64,000 bases of DNA from Squalus acanthias (Eukaryota): the NCBI GenBank assembly GCA_030390025.1, contig CM059432.1, positions 110,920,001 to 110,984,000 of the forward strand. Reading direction: 5' to 3'. The notes beneath the pieces are model-generated. The model was not told the DNA's origin, made no database searches, and saw only the letters and a program-made list of their open reading frames with translations. Below, in pieces: positions 11,470-24,061 of this stretch; position 1 is the first letter of the stretch; every line of letters begins with the position of its first letter. The position numbers were made by a program, and so were the translations under genes.

Positions 11470-11740
11470 GGCCAAGAAGTTCCCAGGAACAATCCCAGGT
11501 CTAAGTTAAGTTAGCGGATTTCCATCAGCGTGGCTGTAGCGCTTTTATACAGTTGCCTTTGGTGCTTCTACTTTAAGAAGAAAAATAATCAGCCAGGTTC
11601 CCACTCATCACAACTGTTCAATGACCCATGTTGGAGGTGAGCATTAGCTCAGGGCAGGATTGTGCTTGGCTGTGATGCCTCAGCCTGTAAATGGGTAGTT
11701 TGCTGACATCAGAGTTCAGGGCAGGAGATGAAACAGATTT
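11470..11740 (+). mobile_element. Degenerate ancient SINE, possibly AmnSINE2-like
   Basis: Resemblance recalled from memory only (cccagg...agttagc.gat...aaaataatcagccagg.ttccc.ctc...ggctgtgatgcc); not verified. Confidence 0.3.
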
Positions 11741-12169
11741 GGCATTGATTTGAAAGTAGAATCTACCTGATTTAATGTACAGGGCATTTTTAATCATTCT
11801 CTTCTACTGAAGATACACAGCCAACCAACATGCAGTTATTCTGTAGAGAATTCGAGCTTGTAACATTGCGTTTTTCATCACCGGGGAAATTCTTACTACT
11901 TTATTGTTATGCAGTGAACTTTGGATCAAATCATACTGCTCTCACTGGCTTTTGGTCCGTGACTGTGCTGTATTGCTTTGCACTGAATTTTGAATGTAAA
12001 TAAAACAGATATCGAGGAGGTAAAGAGGGAAGCCAAATTTCCATGAAGATTTATGTAACACAGCTACATAGTACAAACTGGATATGGTAATGTTGTTCTA
12101 CCCAGTGACGTCATCCTACACAGAATACACTTTAGGAAGATTCAGCGAAAATAATGAAAATAAATCATT

Positions 12170-12780
12170 GGGACTTCAATTATCCTAATATAGACTGGGA
12201 TAGTAATAGTGTAAAGGGCAGAGAGGGGGAAGAATTTCTGAAGTGTGTTCAGGAGAACTTTCTTGATCAGTACATTGCTGGCCCAATGAGGAAGGAGGCA
12301 TTGCTGGATCTGGTTCTGGGGAATGAGGTGGGTCAAGTTGAGCAAGTGTCAGTAGGGGAACATTTAGGGAACAGTGATCACGGTATCATAAGGTTTAGAT
12401 TAGTTATGGAAAAGGACAAGGATCAATCTAGAGTAAAAATACTTAATTGGAGGAAGGCCAATTTCAGTGGGATGAGAACGGATCTGGCCCGGGTAAATCA
12501 AAGATTGGCAGGCAAAACAGTAATCGAACAATGGGCTGCCTTTAAAGAGGAGATGGTTCAGGTACAGTCGAGGTACATTCCCATGAGTGGGAAAGGTATG
12601 ACAACCAAAGCTAGAGCTCCCTGGATGATGAAAGAGATAGAGAGTAAGATGAAGCAGAAAAAGGGGGTGTATGACAGATGTCAGGTTGAGAATACAAGTG
12701 AGAGCCAAGCTGAATATAGAAGGTTCAGAGGGGAAGTGTAAAAGGAAATAAGAGGGACAAAGAGAGAGTATGAGAATAGA
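12170..12780 (+). mobile_element. CR1 ORF2 APE/linker fragment; a deleted 3' end follows at about 13836-13985
   Basis: DFNYPNIDW...ALLDLVL...GNSDH...APW. Confidence 0.88.
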
Positions 12781-13835
12781 AGCATAGAAGATAGGAGCAG
12801 GAGTAGGCCATTTGGCCCCTCGAGCCTGCTTCACCATTTAATGAGATCATGGCTGATCATCCAAATTCAGTACCCTGTCCCTGCTTTCTCCCCATATCCC
12901 TTGATCCCTTTAGCCTTAAGAAATATATCTATCTCCTTCTTGAATATATTTAATGAATTGGCCTCAACTGCCTTCTGTGGTAGAGAATTCCACAGGTTCA
13001 CCACTCTCTTAGTGAAGAAATTCCTCCTCATCTCAGTCCTAAATGGCTTACCCCTTATCCTTAGACCTCTGGTTCTGGACTCCCCCGCCATCGGGAACAT
13101 CCTTCCTGCATCTAGTCTGTCTAGTCCTGTTAGAATTTTATAAGTTTCAATGAGATCCCCTCTCATTCTTCAAAACTCTAGCGAATATAAGCCGAATCGA
13201 CCCAATCTCTCTTCATACGTCATTCCTGCCATCCCAGGTATCAGTCTGGTAAATCTTCGCTGCACTCCCTCCATGGCAAGAACATCCTTCCTCAGATAAG
13301 GCGACCAAAACTGCACACAATACTCAAGGTGTGGTCTCACCAAGGCCTTGTACATCTGCAGCAAGACATCCTTACTCCTGTACTCGAATCCTCTCGCTAT
13401 GAAGGCCTACATACCATTTGCCTTCTTAACCGCCTGCTGCAACTGCATGCTTACCTTCAGCGACTGGTGCACAAGGACTCCCAGATCTCGTTGCACGTCC
13501 CCTTTTCCCAATCTATTGCCGTTCAGATAATAATCTGTCTTCCTGTTTTTGCCACCAAAGTGGATAACCTCGCATTTATCCACATTATATCTGCCATGCA
13601 TCTGCCCAATCACCCAACCTGTCCAAATCATACTGGAGTTTCTCTGCATCCTCCTCACAGCACACACGCCCACCCAGCTTTGTGTTGTCTACAAACTTAG
13701 AGATATTACATCTAGATCATTGATATATATTGTGAATAGCTGGGGTCCTAGCACCGATCCCTGTGCTACCCACTAGTCACTGCCTGCCACTCAGAAAAAT
13801 ACCCATTTATTCCAACTCTTTGCTTCCTGTCTGCC
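12776..13835 (-). mobile_element. 5'-truncated CR1 LINE
   Basis: RT C-terminal motifs in the minus-strand ORFs 12867-13673, with CR1 tail. Confidence 0.92.
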
Positions 13836-13987
13836 AAAAGAACCAAAGGCGACATGAGGAAAACCTTTTTTACACAGCAAGTGGTTATGATGCAGGGCTA
13901 CGGGGAAAGGGTGGGGGAGTGAGACTAGCTGAAGTGCTATTGCAGAGAGCTGGCACGGGCTCAATGGGATGCAACCATTCTATGATT

Positions 13988-15116
13988 GGGCCTGAATTTG
14001 CGGTCGGCGGTGAACCCAAGGAGTACGCCACCAACATCGCAAGTAAATCTGTACTCCCCCACGGAGCCCACCGCTGTGCATATACGAACCTGGGATCACG
14101 TCGGGCAATGGTTCTTTTACTTTCTGATTCATAGAAGATTGGCTTTTCTATAAGATATTCATTCGGATCTCGCCAGCTTTAATGCTGCCTGTAGCTGGTG
14201 TGTCTGTGCTTAGCTTCAGCTAGTAGCTGACTCTGATGGCAGAAATAAACCAGCATCATGTCATTCATTTGGTCTACATCACTAGACAAAGTGGCTGGAA
14301 TAATCATTGCCAGAGCCTGTCTCGGCACTGTGGCGCGCTGACATTTACTAGTGTTTCATACAGCAACGCATTCTGCAACAAAGATTTGTACTCGCACTGA
14401 ACAAAGAACTTTATCTGGAACTGCATTAATCATCATGCTTCACTCTTGGACTGGGATAGGAAACGAGTTCATGTTCTGGCTGGGAGTTCATGACTGACTT
14501 GAGATCATTCTGTGATGTGGTTATGTTGCTGTAGCGAGACAGTCACTGTCCTCAGTGGCATATATTCTACAAAATATCTGGGTCAATTTCCTTAGTAATT
14601 AAAACACCAAACATACCATCTGGCGACACATGCTCAGGACATCTAAAAATAAAATGCTTCCATTCTTCTGATTTAAATTAAAACAAAACTGGCAAGCTGC
14701 AATGATTGTTCTAAATTGGCTGGTTGCAAACCATTTTTTTTGCAGGGTACACAGCCTAACAGGGCTCTGTACAATATACAATCGATGGTACCTATTAATT
14801 GTGTTGTGTGTTAGAACTTCATTCCCAATAAAAAAACCTTTCCTCCAGTCCCCTTACGGTGTGCAACAGGCTTCTTGCACCTGCTTGCGCAAGACTTAAA
14901 AATTGAAACTGTAACTACTTTGGAGTAGGTGGGCAATTAGCCCAACTTTTCGGCACCAGCTTGATTTCTATCGGGGTGAAAAACGCAGCGAAGCCTCCGT
15001 GTATTCGTAACTTGACAGATCGCAAGTCTGGGATTTAGTGCATGCGCTCAGTTTCAAAGGCGGTATGACGGCGGACGCTGACCATTTACCGTCATGCCGA
15101 CCGCACATTCAGGGCC
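13988..15116. mobile_element. Harbinger-type non-autonomous element, about 1.13 kb
   Basis: 21-bp TIR gggcctgaatttgcggtcggc / gccgaccgcacattcagggcc (2 mismatches); flanks att/aat. Confidence 0.7.
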
Positions 15117-15334
15117 AATGTTACTGTCTAGACTTCTCCATATCACAGGAGTCCACAGTTCAAAACAATGCGCCAATGATTCTATTTCTGGGAAAACTAC
15201 TGAAACTTGACATTCTTTATATTTGATGAGTATATTTATTTTGTTTTTTGCAACTCCAGCCCTATTATTGAAGAAAATGAATATTTGATTTTTTGCCTTT
15301 TAAGAAATTTGCATTAAATTCAAAGCATTGGCTT

Positions 15335-15418
15335 TTTGTTTGATAACGCTCCAGTGAAGCACCCTGGGACGTTTTATTACGCTAAAGGCGCTATATAAAT
15401 ACAAGTTGTTGTTGTTGT
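15335..15418 (+). mobile_element. L2-type 3' tail
   Basis: gtgaagcaccctgggacg...aaaggcgctatataaatacaag(ttg)n. Confidence 0.7.
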
Positions 15419-16684
15419 GAAGATCTTCCAGATAAATCGTGGTTCTGACACGTAATCCACCTAAATCCAGTAAGAGTGATACTATTGCCTGCTATGGACC
15501 TGAAGTAATTCAATTAACGTATTTATGCAAAGAAGGAGGATATATGTCAGCATTAACATGTTAGGAGCTGGTCTGCAGTCAGCCAACTGAACATGGATAT
15601 TAAAGTGAAAATAATTGTCATGCTGTTGTACTTACCGACAAAAGTCATGTTTCTAAAGTTTGTACACCTGGAATTCAGAATTTGGAAATCATTTATTATA
15701 TCGGAAGGCACTTTGGCACAGTGCTTCAGTAAACTTTTATATATTCACAACACAAAGAGCAGATGGCAAAATTAATTTAGACCTAGGCAGCAACAAGAAA
15801 AAATGGAAACCATGCATGCTTGATCTAACAAAGTGCACCCTTAAAGTGTCAACCAGCAATAGTACAAGTATTTGCATACATTGTCTACAAGGTGGCATTA
15901 GGTGCTGAAGGTGTCTTGTAGCAATGGTAGCTAAGGATGAACAGCAAACCAAATTGTCTGGCTCCAATGTTCCATCAATGGTGGCACTGCCTGTTACCTA
16001 TGCCTCTTAGCATAGCTAAAACTGATGGTAGAAACTTATACAATAATTTTACCCGTGCCAAGGAACTACTGCCATTCTGATGTGTACATCTTTAGTTTAA
16101 GATTTGGATTTTCATTTCATCTTTAGGAGGGCCAAATTTCAGACCTACTAATGCTGAAGCTGAATCCAAAGACCAAGGGGTAAAAATTCAGTTGGTTGCA
16201 CCTCCCGTTAGCGCCTTAAATGGGCGCTAATGGGGCGTTAAGGCGCTAACGCCCGGGCGCAGCGCTGTTTGCGCCGCTCGAGAACTTAACTTGAGATTGT
16301 GCGGCGGCGCTAAAACTTACCGCTGCGACCACCTGCGCGCGCAGATTGTGACGTCAGTCCGTGGTGCAACGCCCTTGGGGCGCCCCGGAGCGGAAATTGA
16401 GTGGCGCCCCCTGCCTTACCGCCTGGCGCTTCCAACGACCGGAAGACTGGAACGTTATCAATCGGTCTGGGGCTGGGGGGGGCGCTATTTAAAGGGGGCC
16501 TCTTCCTGTCTTTTTCTGTGGTCGACATTTATGCACCACTCGTTCTGAGAGAGAGAGAGAGATTCGGAGAGAGAGAGAGACTTCTACATTGACTCAACGC
16601 TTTGTGAGGTAGTTTTGCCTAGTTCATCCTAACTTTGCTGCTACTTTCGTTGCTGTACCTCATTACTTTTCTGGCAAAGAGAAG

Positions 16685-17845
16685 ATGGGGGCTGCAATGA
16701 TTGGGGGCGTCGTCCTGCTCCAGCTCAATCGGAGGAGAGTGAGACGCAGACAGAGAGTGGCAATGATGGCCAGACGGAGGAGGCCCATCAGGCGCATGTA
16801 CAGGAGAGCTTACCCTCCCAGGGTATATCGTGAACAGCTCTCCTACATCCACATGTCCGAGGAGCTGTGTTTGCGAAGGCTGCGATTCAGCAAGGAGGTG
16901 GTCACTGAGCTCTGCCACCTGCTGCAGCCAGATCTGCAGCCTCAGCTGAGGTCCAGGACGTCTCTGTCGGTGGCAGTGAAGGTCACAGTGGCCTTGAACT
17001 TCTACGCCACTGGCTCATTCCAAGCTGCTGTTGGGGACCTCGCCAATATCTCCCAGTTTGCGGTGCATCGCTGCATCCGGCAGGTCACCAATGCCCTCTT
17101 CACAAGGAGACGAGACTTCATCTCCTTCCCTATGACCCCAGACAAGCAGCATGACCGTGCTATGGGCTTTGCGAGGGTAGCGGGCTTCCCCATGGTGCAG
17201 GGCGCCATTGACTGCACGCATGTGGCTTTGCGTGCTCCGCGAGAGAATGCAGAGGAGTTCCGGAACAGGAAGGGGTTCCATTCCTTGAATGTGCAGTTGG
17301 TCTGTGACCACAGACAGGTGATTCTCGCTGTCAATGCCCACTATCCGGGCAGCTGCCACGATGCTTTTATCCTGCGCCAGAGTACTGTGGCAGAAATTTT
17401 CGAGGCACCGCATCAGCCAGTTGGTTGGCTTCTGGGGGACAAGGGGTACGCATTGAGCACCTGGCTGATGACACCGCTCCGTGCGCCAAACACCCCTGCT
17501 GAGCTGCGGTACCAGGAAAGCCAACAAGCAACGAGGAACATTATTTAGCGCACAATCGGCGTGCTCAAACAACGATTCCGCTGTCTGGACCATTCCGGAG
17601 GAGCCCTGCAGTACTCGCCTGAGCAAGTTTCCAAATTCGTAGTGGTGTGCTGCATGTTGCACAACATGGCAATCCTCAGGACGCAGCCAATGCCACCAGG
17701 CCTTGCAGCACCACAAGAGGAGGAGGAGGAAGAGGAGGAACAGGCCGAGGACGATGATCAGCAGCAGCACCAAGGCAGGAGGGCGGCCCACAATGGTCAA
17801 ACTGCAAGGGCCGTCCGTCAACGACTAATAGCAAGCCGCTTCTAG
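16685..17845 (+). pseudogene. Harbinger transposase with a single nonsense codon (TAG 17546-17548) at the catalytic Glu
   Basis: RNII*RTIGVLKQRFRCL versus RNIIECTIGVLKQRFRCL in copy 1; the frame is otherwise open. Confidence 0.93.
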
Positions 17846-18139
17846 GGCCCCTGCCAGTGCTACAAACACGAATCAACCCAGCACGCAACCCCTAAGCCGG
17901 CCAAGGCACCAATAATTCCAACCACCAGCCATGTATATTTTGAATACAGAAACTTATTTATTGTACAAACTCTGTGTGTGTCAATTCCTCATGACAAACT
18001 CATAGAAATAAACACAAAAAAACAGTCAATAACATAACTGGTTCTCACAACCTGGAGATAATGTCCAAAACACTAAACAAAAGTTGGGCCATGAACCTCG
18101 GCCTTTAATAAAAAAATGACCAGCATTTTGGCACACCTC

Positions 18140-19962
18140 CTACTTTTTGCCCTTCGAGGGTGATCTCCTTCCCTTGCGCACTTCCCCCCTTCTAACCCTA
18201 CTGCTCCTCCGTAATGGGACCTCAGTGGCTGCAGCAAGGCTGGTGGAAGGCTGCTGCTTGTCAGACCCTGACACTGCAGATGCCCCTGAAGGACGGCCTC
18301 GACCACTTCTGGGCCTGGAGGGCCCGGCTGCAGACTGCACCAACTCTGCATGGGCGGCAGCAGTCTGTCCTACAGGCGGTGGCAAGTGCAGTGGAGAAGT
18401 GACAGTGTTGGCAGCAGGAATGCTGTCATCGTGAGAGAGGACAGCAACTCCCTGCTCGCCCGACACACTGGCACTCCCACGGGGCAGCACTTCAGCATCC
18501 GGAGCAATTTGCCTGAGAACAGATTGCTGGCCTGCTGCGGCGCGGTGACAGCCCCGGGGACATGTGCACGAACCATCGAGGATGGCAGCAGTCAGTGCTC
18601 GCGTGGCCTCAATCTGAGTCTGCATGAGAGCAGGCTCAGATGGGTTCCTGGCAGCCAGTGACTGAATTGCAGCAGTAAGCTTTAGTGTGGCATCCGCCTG
18701 TGCTACAGCGAAGTGCTCCACACTCCTTGCCAGTGCCTCAATGCATTCGGGCACCCTTCCCACTGCACCCATGAGCTCAGTGTGCATGACCACCGCCTGG
18801 CTGTTCATTTCTGCAATCAGCCGCTCCTCCTCTGCGTCCATTGCATTAGGAGTGTCTGGCATACTCTCCCTCTGGGGAGAAGGCTCCCGTTCTTCCCTCC
18901 CCCCCCCATGGCGTTGCTGCAGCCCGCTGGGTCCTGGAACTTCACCATCATCAGCCCCTTCCCCCATGCTCCCCTCCGGGGAAGGCGTGTTCCCAGTGTG
19001 GCCATGGGCTTCCTCGGGAGAGGGTGGCACTGATGCTCCGGCTTCCTCTTCCTCCTCAGCTGCAGCATCACTCCCAGTGACAGCTTCAGGGACCATCTCC
19101 TCAGCTGGTGAATCACCATCTGAAAGCAGGGAGGTACAAGAGTGGCTTTAGCGTGAGGACAGGGTGGCAGTAAGGGAGGAATAAGTGCAGCGAGTTAGCA
19201 AGTTGGATTGAAAGTGTCAAAGGCTGGTATTGTGAGGGACAAGTGGAAGGACAGAGGACAAAAAGGTGATGACCTTACCATTGCTGTCCACAACGGGGTC
19301 GGCGTCTCCAGTGGCGACGGGACCGATCACCCGGCTTGCCACAATCCTGTGGACGCGCTCCTCCAGATCGCTGAGGGGTTGCAGCTGAAGCCGCCCTCCA
19401 CCCGTCCGTTGCTGCTGTCTCCGATTATGAGCCAGCTTAGCCTGCAAGAAAAAGGACAGCATCTGAGTCAATATACAGCCATGGTCTTGCCTGATGTGCC
19501 TCCCATAGGTGAATAGCCCTTACAATATGCAGCCATGGTCTTGCCTGATGTGCCTCCCATAGGTGAATAGCCCTTACTGTATGCAAAGTGTGGAATGTGT
19601 GTGTGTGTTTGATGAAAGGGCCATAAGTGTTGCATGAGTGTTGTGCATTGGGGTTTTAAGACCCTCTGGCCATAGAGTGAGGTTGAGATGGAGGGATGGA
19701 GAGGTATTGAGAAAAAGCCACTCACCCTGACGACCCGAGTGAGGTCGTTGAACTTTTTGCGGCACTGGACATGGGTCCTGGGCACCATGCTCCTGGAGGA
19801 GACGCTCTGAGCCACCTCCCTCCACACTCTTCTGAACTCGCGTGGCAAAGGCCTCCTGCCACTCTCTGGGAACAGCATGCATCGTCTGCGCTCCACTGCG
19901 TCAACCAGAGCATCCAAGGCCCGCTCGGTGAAGCGATGAGCGCGTTCTCTCACCCTCTCCAT
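18140..19962 (-). CDS. Harbinger Myb/SANT protein, copy 2; exons 19962-19726, 19441-19279, 19119-18140
   Basis: Same splice sites and phases as copy 1; frame open. Confidence 0.88.
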
Positions 19963-20545
19963 GCTTGGCAGCAAAATGGATTACAGGTCTCTCCAGGCTG
20001 AGATTCAAGGCTGCAATGAGCAGGGTGTGGCTGGGGAGCAAGTGGCCCCCCCCGCTTTAAGAAGTGTCCGGCGCCAGTGTGTCTGTGTTCCCTCGCTAAC
20101 TGGCAGCAGCTGCGCTGCGCTCGTGCGCTGAGTTAGCGCCTCACTCCTAGGCCTTTGCGCCTTAAGAGAGGTGTGCAGCGCCTAATTTAGCGCTCCACTC
20201 ACCTCCCGGGGCGGTAAAAGTGAAGTTTCCTGTCAGTGCCGATAATTAGCGCCAGGCGCTAATATTTGCGCGCGGACGATATTTGCACCCCAAATGGGGC
20301 GCGACCTAATTTCTACCCCCAAATGTATTCAAATGCTCATCCCTACGAGTGTTCAAACTTCAATCCTCCTGCCAAGCCTGAAATTGTCTCAGAATAAGAA
20401 ATGGGTGGCTTTTATATTAAAGTCTTCATGAAAAGTATTTGGCAGCTCTTTATGTTTGTTTGCACTACCTCATTTGTGAGCATCATCATTCCTAATGAAA
20501 ATTGCATGCAGATCTTTTCCTCTCCTAAATGGCCATGAAGACAAT

Positions 20546-21292
20546 GGCCTGTATTTTCTGATCTGAGGCTTCCTGCATGCGGAGGCCTCCGATCTGGAAA
20601 AAATCTACACACTTACCAGAGGGCTCCGGAGGTCCGGCCATTTCCGCTCCTGGGTCTCTGCTCTACGAAATGCGCAGGGCCCAGGTATCCCAGAGGCGCA
20701 TATGGTTCGCAAGCGTCCCTGGGATCACGTGGGCCATGTGGAACCAATGAAAGAAGGGAATCCCCCTTCATACTTTTGACAGGTCTCTCAGCTTAGACCC
20801 GTCAAAGTATGAATGGGGGTCACTCAAAAAACACATCAAAACATTAAATTACTTTTTTTTTTTAAATCACGTTTTTAAAATTAGTTAAAATTACATTAAA
20901 TTAAATATTTAAAAACAAATTAAAGTTTTTTACGGGGCTAAAAATAAACTTACCTTTTTTAAAAGTATTTTTAAATTATAAATGAGTGAAAAAAATATAT
21001 TTTTTTGCTTCTTTAAACTCTTATGCTGGTAAAAGCAGGCCTTACACTGCTTTTACCAGGCGTAAGATTTTTAAGGGATTTCAGCGGGCGGAGGTTGTGC
21101 AGAAAGCAGAACTCTCCACCCGCAGAGGCCCTTCTCCAGGGCAGGTGGATGATCTGTCAAGAGGATTCTTCACAGATCAGAAGTGCCGGTTTTCAGCGCA
21201 TGCGCTTCACATGCCTGAAACCAGCACTTGCGAGGTCCCTATGGGTGTGTACACAGCTCGTACACACCCGTAGGGATCGGAAAATACGGGCC
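20546..21292 (+). mobile_element. Harbinger-type MITE, hairpin family, copy B
   Basis: 18-bp TIR ggcctgtattttctgatc / gatcggaaaatacgggcc with a perfect AAT TSD. Confidence 0.9.
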
Positions 21293-21858
21293 AATATCTA
21301 TTTCAGTACTTTTCCAAAGCATGTTGCTGTCATGTTATGGCAGGCGCACATTTATCCTGTTATTTTTGATTGTTGCCAATATTATTGCTTTAGGGATGAA
21401 GTGTAAAATTGAAAGGCCACTGTTTTATGACCAGTAGATCCTTCAGTTATCTGGATGGATACTGGCACTAGATAACTAGAGTCGAGAAATGTCTGTGTGC
21501 AATATTAGTACACAAATGCTAATGACATCATATGACATTCCTCTGTCTGCTGTGGAAACTAAAATAAAGGGGTTAATAATGCCATTTAAATAGTGGACAA
21601 GGGAAAGTTGTTCAAACACATTAAACATTCCTGTACTAATACTGCTGTATATTTTTAGATTTGTATTCCCAGGATGCAAAAGGAAATGGTCATGCCATTA
21701 AACCAGGATTTGATCCACACAGAAGGCAAATACGAGGAAAAAATCACAAGCCATTCAGAGTTCTGCTCTTTCACCATCATTGGCTGTAAACATTTATACT
21801 ACAAAAAAATAGCCTTGTAGAATCACAAAGAGCACAAACCAAGAAAGATGTCTCATTG

Positions 21859-23325
21859 ACAAAAGCAAAATACTGCGGATGCTGGAAATCTGAAATAAAA
21901 ACAGGAAAAACTGGGAATACTCAACAGGTCAGGCAGCATCCGTGGAGCGAGAAACAGAGTCAATATTTCACGTCGATGACCTTTCGTCAGAACTGGAAAA
22001 AGTTCGAGATGTAACAGGTTTTAAGCAAGTGTAGGGGCAGGGAAAGGGGGAGGGGAAGAACGAACAAAAGGGAAGGTCTGTGATAGGGTGGTAGGCAGGA
22101 GAGAGTAAATGACAAAAGGGATTAGTACAAAGTAAAAGGAGATGGTAATGTGACAAGTAAAGAAACAAAAGATGGATCTGGAGGAGGTGTAAATGGGAAT
22201 GGCAGAATCATCAACAGCTGCAGTCTGAAAAAATAGGGGCCGAGTTTATGGTCTGAAATAGTTGAACTCAAATGTGGAGTCCGGAGGGCTGCAAAGTGCC
22301 TAATCAAAAGATGAGGTGCTGTTCCTCGAGCTTACATTGAGCTTCACTGGAACAGTGTAAGAGGCCGAGGTCAGAGAGGTCAGAGTGGGAGTGAAGCGGA
22401 GAATTAAAGTGACAGGTGACAGGAAGCTCAGGGTCATGCTTGCGGACTGAACGGAGGTGTTCTGCAAAGCAGTCACCCAATCTGCGTTTGGTCTTCCCAG
22501 TGTAGAGGAGTCCGCATCGTGAGCATCGAATACAGTATACTAAGTTGAAAGAAGTACAAGTAAATCACTGTTTCACCTGGAAGGAGTGTTTGGGGCCCTG
22601 GACAGTGGGAAGGGAGGAGGTTGCATCTCCTGTGCTTGCATAGGAAGGTGCCGTGGGAAGGGGAGTGGGTGTTGGAGCTGATTGAGGAGTGGACCAGGAT
22701 ATCACGGAGGGAGCGGTCCCTTCAAAATGCTGAAAGGTGAGGGGAAGATGTGTTTGGTGGTGGGATCACGCTAGAGGTGGTGGAAAAGGCGCAGGATGAT
22801 CCGTTGAATGTGGAAGCTGGTAGGTGGAAGGTGAGGACAAGGGGAACCCTATCGTGGTTCTGGGAGGCAGGGGAAGGGGTGAGAGCAAAAGTGCAGGAAA
22901 TGGAACGGACACGGTCGAGGGTCGTGTCAACCACAGTAGAGGGGAATCCTCAGTTGAGGAAAAAGGAAGACATACTTGTATGGAAGGTGGCATCGTCAGA
23001 ACAGATGCGACGGAGATGGAGAAACTGGGAGAATGGAATAGAGCCCTTACAGTAAGCGGGGTGAGAGGAAGTGTAGTCCAGGTAGCTGTGGGAGTCAGTG
23101 GGCTTATAGTGGATGTTTGTCGACAGCCTATCCCCAGAAATGGCAAATGTCGACAGAGAAGTCGAGGAAAAGAAGGGAAGTGTCGGAGATGGACCACGAG
23201 AAGGTGAGAGAAGGGTGGAAATTGGAAGCAAAGTGAATGAAATTTTATAGTTCAGGGCGAGAGCAGGAAACGGCACCGATGCAGTCATCAATGTAAAAGA
23301 GGTGAGGGAGGGGACCGGAGTAGGA
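21859..23325 (-). mobile_element. Penelope-like element fragment (RT C-terminus, GIY-YIG, pLTR)
   Basis: STNIHYKPTDSHSYLDYTSSHP...IPFSQFL.LRRICSD; DRVPLVLTF; pLTR shared with the other copies. Confidence 0.88.
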
Positions 23326-24061
23326 CTTCCAGAAAGCCTTTGATAAGGTACCTCACACTAACTAGGTTACTTCACAAGATAAAACCTTGTGATATCAGTA
23401 GAAATTTTAAACGCTGCATTAGGAATTGGTCTAATCCCATGGCCACAAAGTTGTAGTTAATGGATGCGGTTCAGCTTGGAGACCTGTTATTAGTGTTGGT
23501 CCCAGGCCCGCTGCTCTTCACGGTCTTTATTAATGACATGGACAGCGGTGTTGGGAGTACAGTCAGTACGTTTGCAGATGACAGCAAAATCTGTGCAAGG
23601 GTTAAGACAGTAGAGGAGTGCAATCAAATGTAAAAAGTTTTAGATGTGCTAGGGGAGTGGGCCACACATTGGAAAATGGCGTTTAATTGAGATAAATGTA
23701 GTGTCATGCATGTTGGTCAGGATGTTGATCATTTGCAGGGAACAATAGTGAAATAGGTCGAAAGAGATAAAGATCTTGGTGTTGTTGTGCACAGATCACT
23801 GAAGGTTCAGTGATCAATGTAGAGAAACTGTAGCTAAAGCCAACAGGGTATTGGGTTGTTTAATAGAACCACTCAGTATAAATCAACGGACACCATTTTG
23901 GCACGATACAGTTTGCTGCTCAGACCGCATCTGGAGTACTGTGCCCAGTTTTAGTCCCCCCACATGGTGGGTGATATAATGGCCTTGGAAAAGGTCGAGA
24001 GGAGAGCTATGAGAATGATTCCTAAAGAACCTCAGTTACTCAGATAGCCTGAAGGAGCTTA

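Larger units (their letters stand above)
16177..20319. mobile_element. PIF/Harbinger DNA transposon copy 2, full length (4143 bp)
   Basis: TIRs GGGGTAAAAATT and (reverse complement) GGGGTAGAAATT. 3-bp TSD CAA at 16174-16176 and 20320-20322. Carries both genes. Confidence 0.97.

Noticed and set aside
11766..11840. Minus-strand exon bounded by ag and gt
   Set aside because: Stops in all three frames.
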